This document shows positions 20,030 to 21,964 of a stretch of DNA of 21,964 bases, in pieces. The DNA lies in the NCBI GenBank assembly GCA_036677365.1, contig JAVBWN010000036.1, positions 1-21,964 of the forward strand, read 5' to 3'. The notes beneath the pieces were generated by a model. It was not told the DNA's origin, did no database searches, and worked only from the letters and a program-made list of their open reading frames with translations. The first letter of the stretch is position 1; each line of letters opens with the position of its first letter. The stretch is from Acholeplasma sp. GTDB lineage: Bacteria > Bacillota_I > Bacilli_A > Acholeplasmatales > UBA5453. Both the position numbers and the translations under genes were made by a program.

Positions 20030-20157
20030 TTGCACTTTCTTTAATCTTTGATATACTAGTAACAGTGAAGGTCCTTTAAAAGATGCCTGTGAGCATTTTA
20101 AGGTAACGGAATCATTTTTACCTATACATTTAAAGGACACCAGTGGTGTCTTTTTTT
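20030..20157 (+). promoter_or_regulatory. Promoter and PyrR-binding attenuator leader
   Basis: TTGCAC-16-TATACT (with TG); CCTTTAA...ATGC-CTGTGA-GCAT...AAGG binding loop (20073-20103); terminator GGACACC-agt-GGTGTCT plus T-run (20135-20157); antiterminator GTCCTTTAAA (20071-20080)/TTTAAAGGAC (20129-20138). Confidence 0.82.
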
Positions 20158-20190
20158 GTTAAAAGGCCTTTTCAAGAAAAGGAGAACAGT

Positions 20191-21474
20191 ATGGAAGAAA
20201 AATTGATTGTCGGGATTCAAGAAAGACCATCATCGATTGTGAAGTGGATTGTTTTAAGTCTACAACACGTATTCGCGATGTTTGGCGCAACAGTGCTTGT
20301 ACCACTCATCACCGGTTTAGACATTGGTGTGGCGTTGGTAGCGAGTGGTTTAGGTACCCTCATCTACATTTTATGCACCAAAGGCAAAGTGCCTGTCTAT
20401 TTAGGTAGCAGCTTTGCTTATATGACAACCATCACAGCGGTTGCGACTGCATCGGGTTCGTTTGATAGCAGTTTAATCGGCTTGATGGTGGTAGGTTTAA
20501 TTTATATCATCGTTGCACTCGTCATTCGCTTTGTTGGCAGTGCTTGGTTAAAACATTTATTACCACCCGTGGTTATTGGGCCGATGATCATCATCATTGG
20601 TTTGGGTTTGGCTGGGGTTGCAGTTAACAACATCGGCTTAGGCACAGGTGGATTCAATGGTAAGGTTGCAGCAGTGGCACTCATTACATTCATCGCCGTA
20701 TCTGCCATGGCAGTCTATGGTAGAGGATTCATTAAAATCGTTCCATTCTTACTTGCCATTTTTGTAGGGTATATTGCTGCAGTATTCTTCGGTATTGTCG
20801 ATTTTGAAATCTTCAAAGAAGTATCCTTTTTCCAAGTACCCAACTTTCAATTCTTCGGTACTTATGCGATTAATTTAGATGCGGTATTGGTTTTCGCGCC
20901 ATTGGCGTTTGTAACAATTGCAGAACACATTGGTGACCATGTAGTTTTAGGTGAGATTACCGGTAACGACTTCATCAAAGACCCGGGCTTAGATAAAACA
21001 CTCATGGGGGATGGGATTGCAACCCTAGTCGCTGGTGCGATTGGTGGACCTGCGAACACCACGTATGGTGAAAATACAGGGGTTGTAGCGATTACTAAAG
21101 TGGGTTCCGTTTATGTCACAGGTTTAGCTGCGATATTTGCAATTTTACTCGGGTTCTTCGGATATATCCAAGCGTTTATTTCAAGTATTCCGTGGGCAGT
21201 CATTGGTGGTATGACGGTCGTATTATATGGATTGATTGCAGCCAATGGTGTCAAGGTATTGATCAAAGATAGAACCGATTTAAGCAACATGAAAAACCTC
21301 ATCATTGTGTCGACCATGTTGGTATTGGGTTTGGGTGGTGCAGCCATTCAAATCACATCCACAGCCGCACTGACAGGCATGAGCTTGGCAGCGGTTGTAG
21401 GTATCATCTTAAACCTCGTATTTAACAACACAATCAACAAGTCCACACCCTCTTCAGGTAGCGGGATGAATTGA
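20191..21474 (+). CDS. uraA: Uracil permease (NCS2/NAT family, UraA/PyrP)
   Basis: SLQHVFAMFGATVLVP, YLGSSF, AEHIGD, TTYGENTGV NAT motif. Start ATG 20191 after AAGGAG; the GTG at 20143 lies in the attenuator. Confidence 0.94.
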   Translation: MEEKLIVGIQERPSSIVKWIVLSLQHVFAMFGATVLVPLITGLDIGVALVASGLGTLIYILCTKGKVPVYLGSSFAYMTTITAVATASGSFDSSLIGLMVVGLIYIIVALVIRFVGSAWLKHLLPPVVIGPMIIIIGLGLAGVAVNNIGLGTGGFNGKVAAVALITFIAVSAMAVYGRGFIKIVPFLLAIFVGYIAAVFFGIVDFEIFKEVSFFQVPNFQFFGTYAINLDAVLVFAPLAFVTIAEHIGDHVVLGEITGNDFIKDPGLDKTLMGDGIATLVAGAIGGPANTTYGENTGVVAITKVGSVYVTGLAAIFAILLGFFGYIQAFISSIPWAVIGGMTVVLYGLIAANGVKVLIKDRTDLSNMKNLIIVSTMLVLGLGGAAIQITSTAALTGMSLAAVVGIILNLVFNNTINKSTPSSGSGMN

Positions 21475-21964
21475 TTCGTATATTGCTTTCTATTTATGTA
21501 TACAAATGCCCATAAATAATGTTATAATATAGTTGAATAATCACTATACATAAACACTATGAAAGGGCGGATTTGGTATGAACAAAGCTTTTAAGTTTCG
21601 AATCTATCCAAATGAATCTCAAAAGACTTTGATTCATATGACTCTAGGCCATAATCGCTTTCTCTGGAATAAGATGTTAGAAGATAAACAGAAATATTTC
21701 GAACTCACTAAAAACATCCTTCATCCCACACCTGCACAGTACAAAGATGCTTATCCATTTCTAAAAGACATAGACTCTTTATCTTTAGCCAATACACAAC
21801 TCAATCAAGAAAAAGCTTTTAAACAATTCTTCAATCATAAACAAGACTTCCCTAAGTTTCATTCTAAGAAACAAGACTATGGTTATACAACCAATCGAGT
21901 GAATAATAACATCGTTCTATTAAAAGGTTTTATCAAATTACCTAAACTGGGTGAAGTAAAGATC
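21426..21964 (+). mobile_element. IS200/IS605-family element (tnpB-only, IS1341-like), left part; left boundary uncertain (about 21426-21438)
   Basis: AAGTCCACACCCTCTTCAGGTAGCGGG (21439-21465) resembles the right-end hairpin at 430-455. It is followed by an inverted repeat TATTTATG/CATAAATA (21491-21518), TGtTATAAT (21520-21528) and tnpB, with no room for tnpA. Confidence 0.75.
21578..21964 (+). CDS. tnpB: TnpB RNA-guided endonuclease, 5' part, truncated by window end (absent from the ORF track)
   Basis: Manual translation MNKAFKFRIYPNESQKTLIHMTLGHNRFLWNKML...YPFLKDIDSLSL...FPKFHSKK...IKLPKLGEVKI matches the IS605 OrfB N-terminus; open to the window end; GAAAGGG RBS. Confidence 0.95.
   Translation, partial: MNKAFKFRIYPNESQKTLIHMTLGHNRFLWNKMLEDKQKYFELTKNILHPTPAQYKDAYPFLKDIDSLSLANTQLNQEKAFKQFFNHKQDFPKFHSKKQDYGYTTNRVNNNIVLLKGFIKLPKLGEVKI

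Noticed and set aside
20143..20190. Longer N-termini in the ORF track for uraA (also dnaX 11967 and MFS 3817)
   Set aside because: Those GTG starts fall within the attenuator or RBS; downstream ATGs have properly spaced Shine-Dalgarno sequences.

Overview
AT-rich bacterial chromosomal segment read with the standard code (TGA ends ybaB, pyrG and the uracil permease; Trp is TGG). Gene content (ppdK, tandem DHH genes, rpoE-pyrG-fba) suggests an Acholeplasmataceae-like mollicute or related Bacillota member (inference). The core is housekeeping: class II photolyase, cysteine hydrolase, MFS, VOC protein, ppdK, two NrnA-like DHH/DHHA1 phosphoesterases, TtcA-like, MgtC-like, mnmE, dnaX-ybaB-recR, DUF1934-like, rpoE, pyrG, fba, YhhN-like, a hypothetical protein and a uracil permease. 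Both edges fall inside co-oriented IS200/IS605-family tnpB genes. The left edge has a tnpB 3' end with its omega/reRNA and right end (TCAC at 460-463, guide from 464). The right edge has a tnpA-less left end overlapping the permease C-terminus and a tnpB 5' part. Most notable: (i) the left element seems inserted at the start of an opposite-strand gene whose promoter and structured leader still point antisense into the omega RNA; (ii) the photolyase has Phe at the medial Trp of the class II electron-transfer triad; (iii) a cre/LacI-like 15-mer sits at repressing positions in ppdK and an activating position in fba; (iv) pyrG and PyrR attenuators are recognisable. I found no clearly new multi-gene system.
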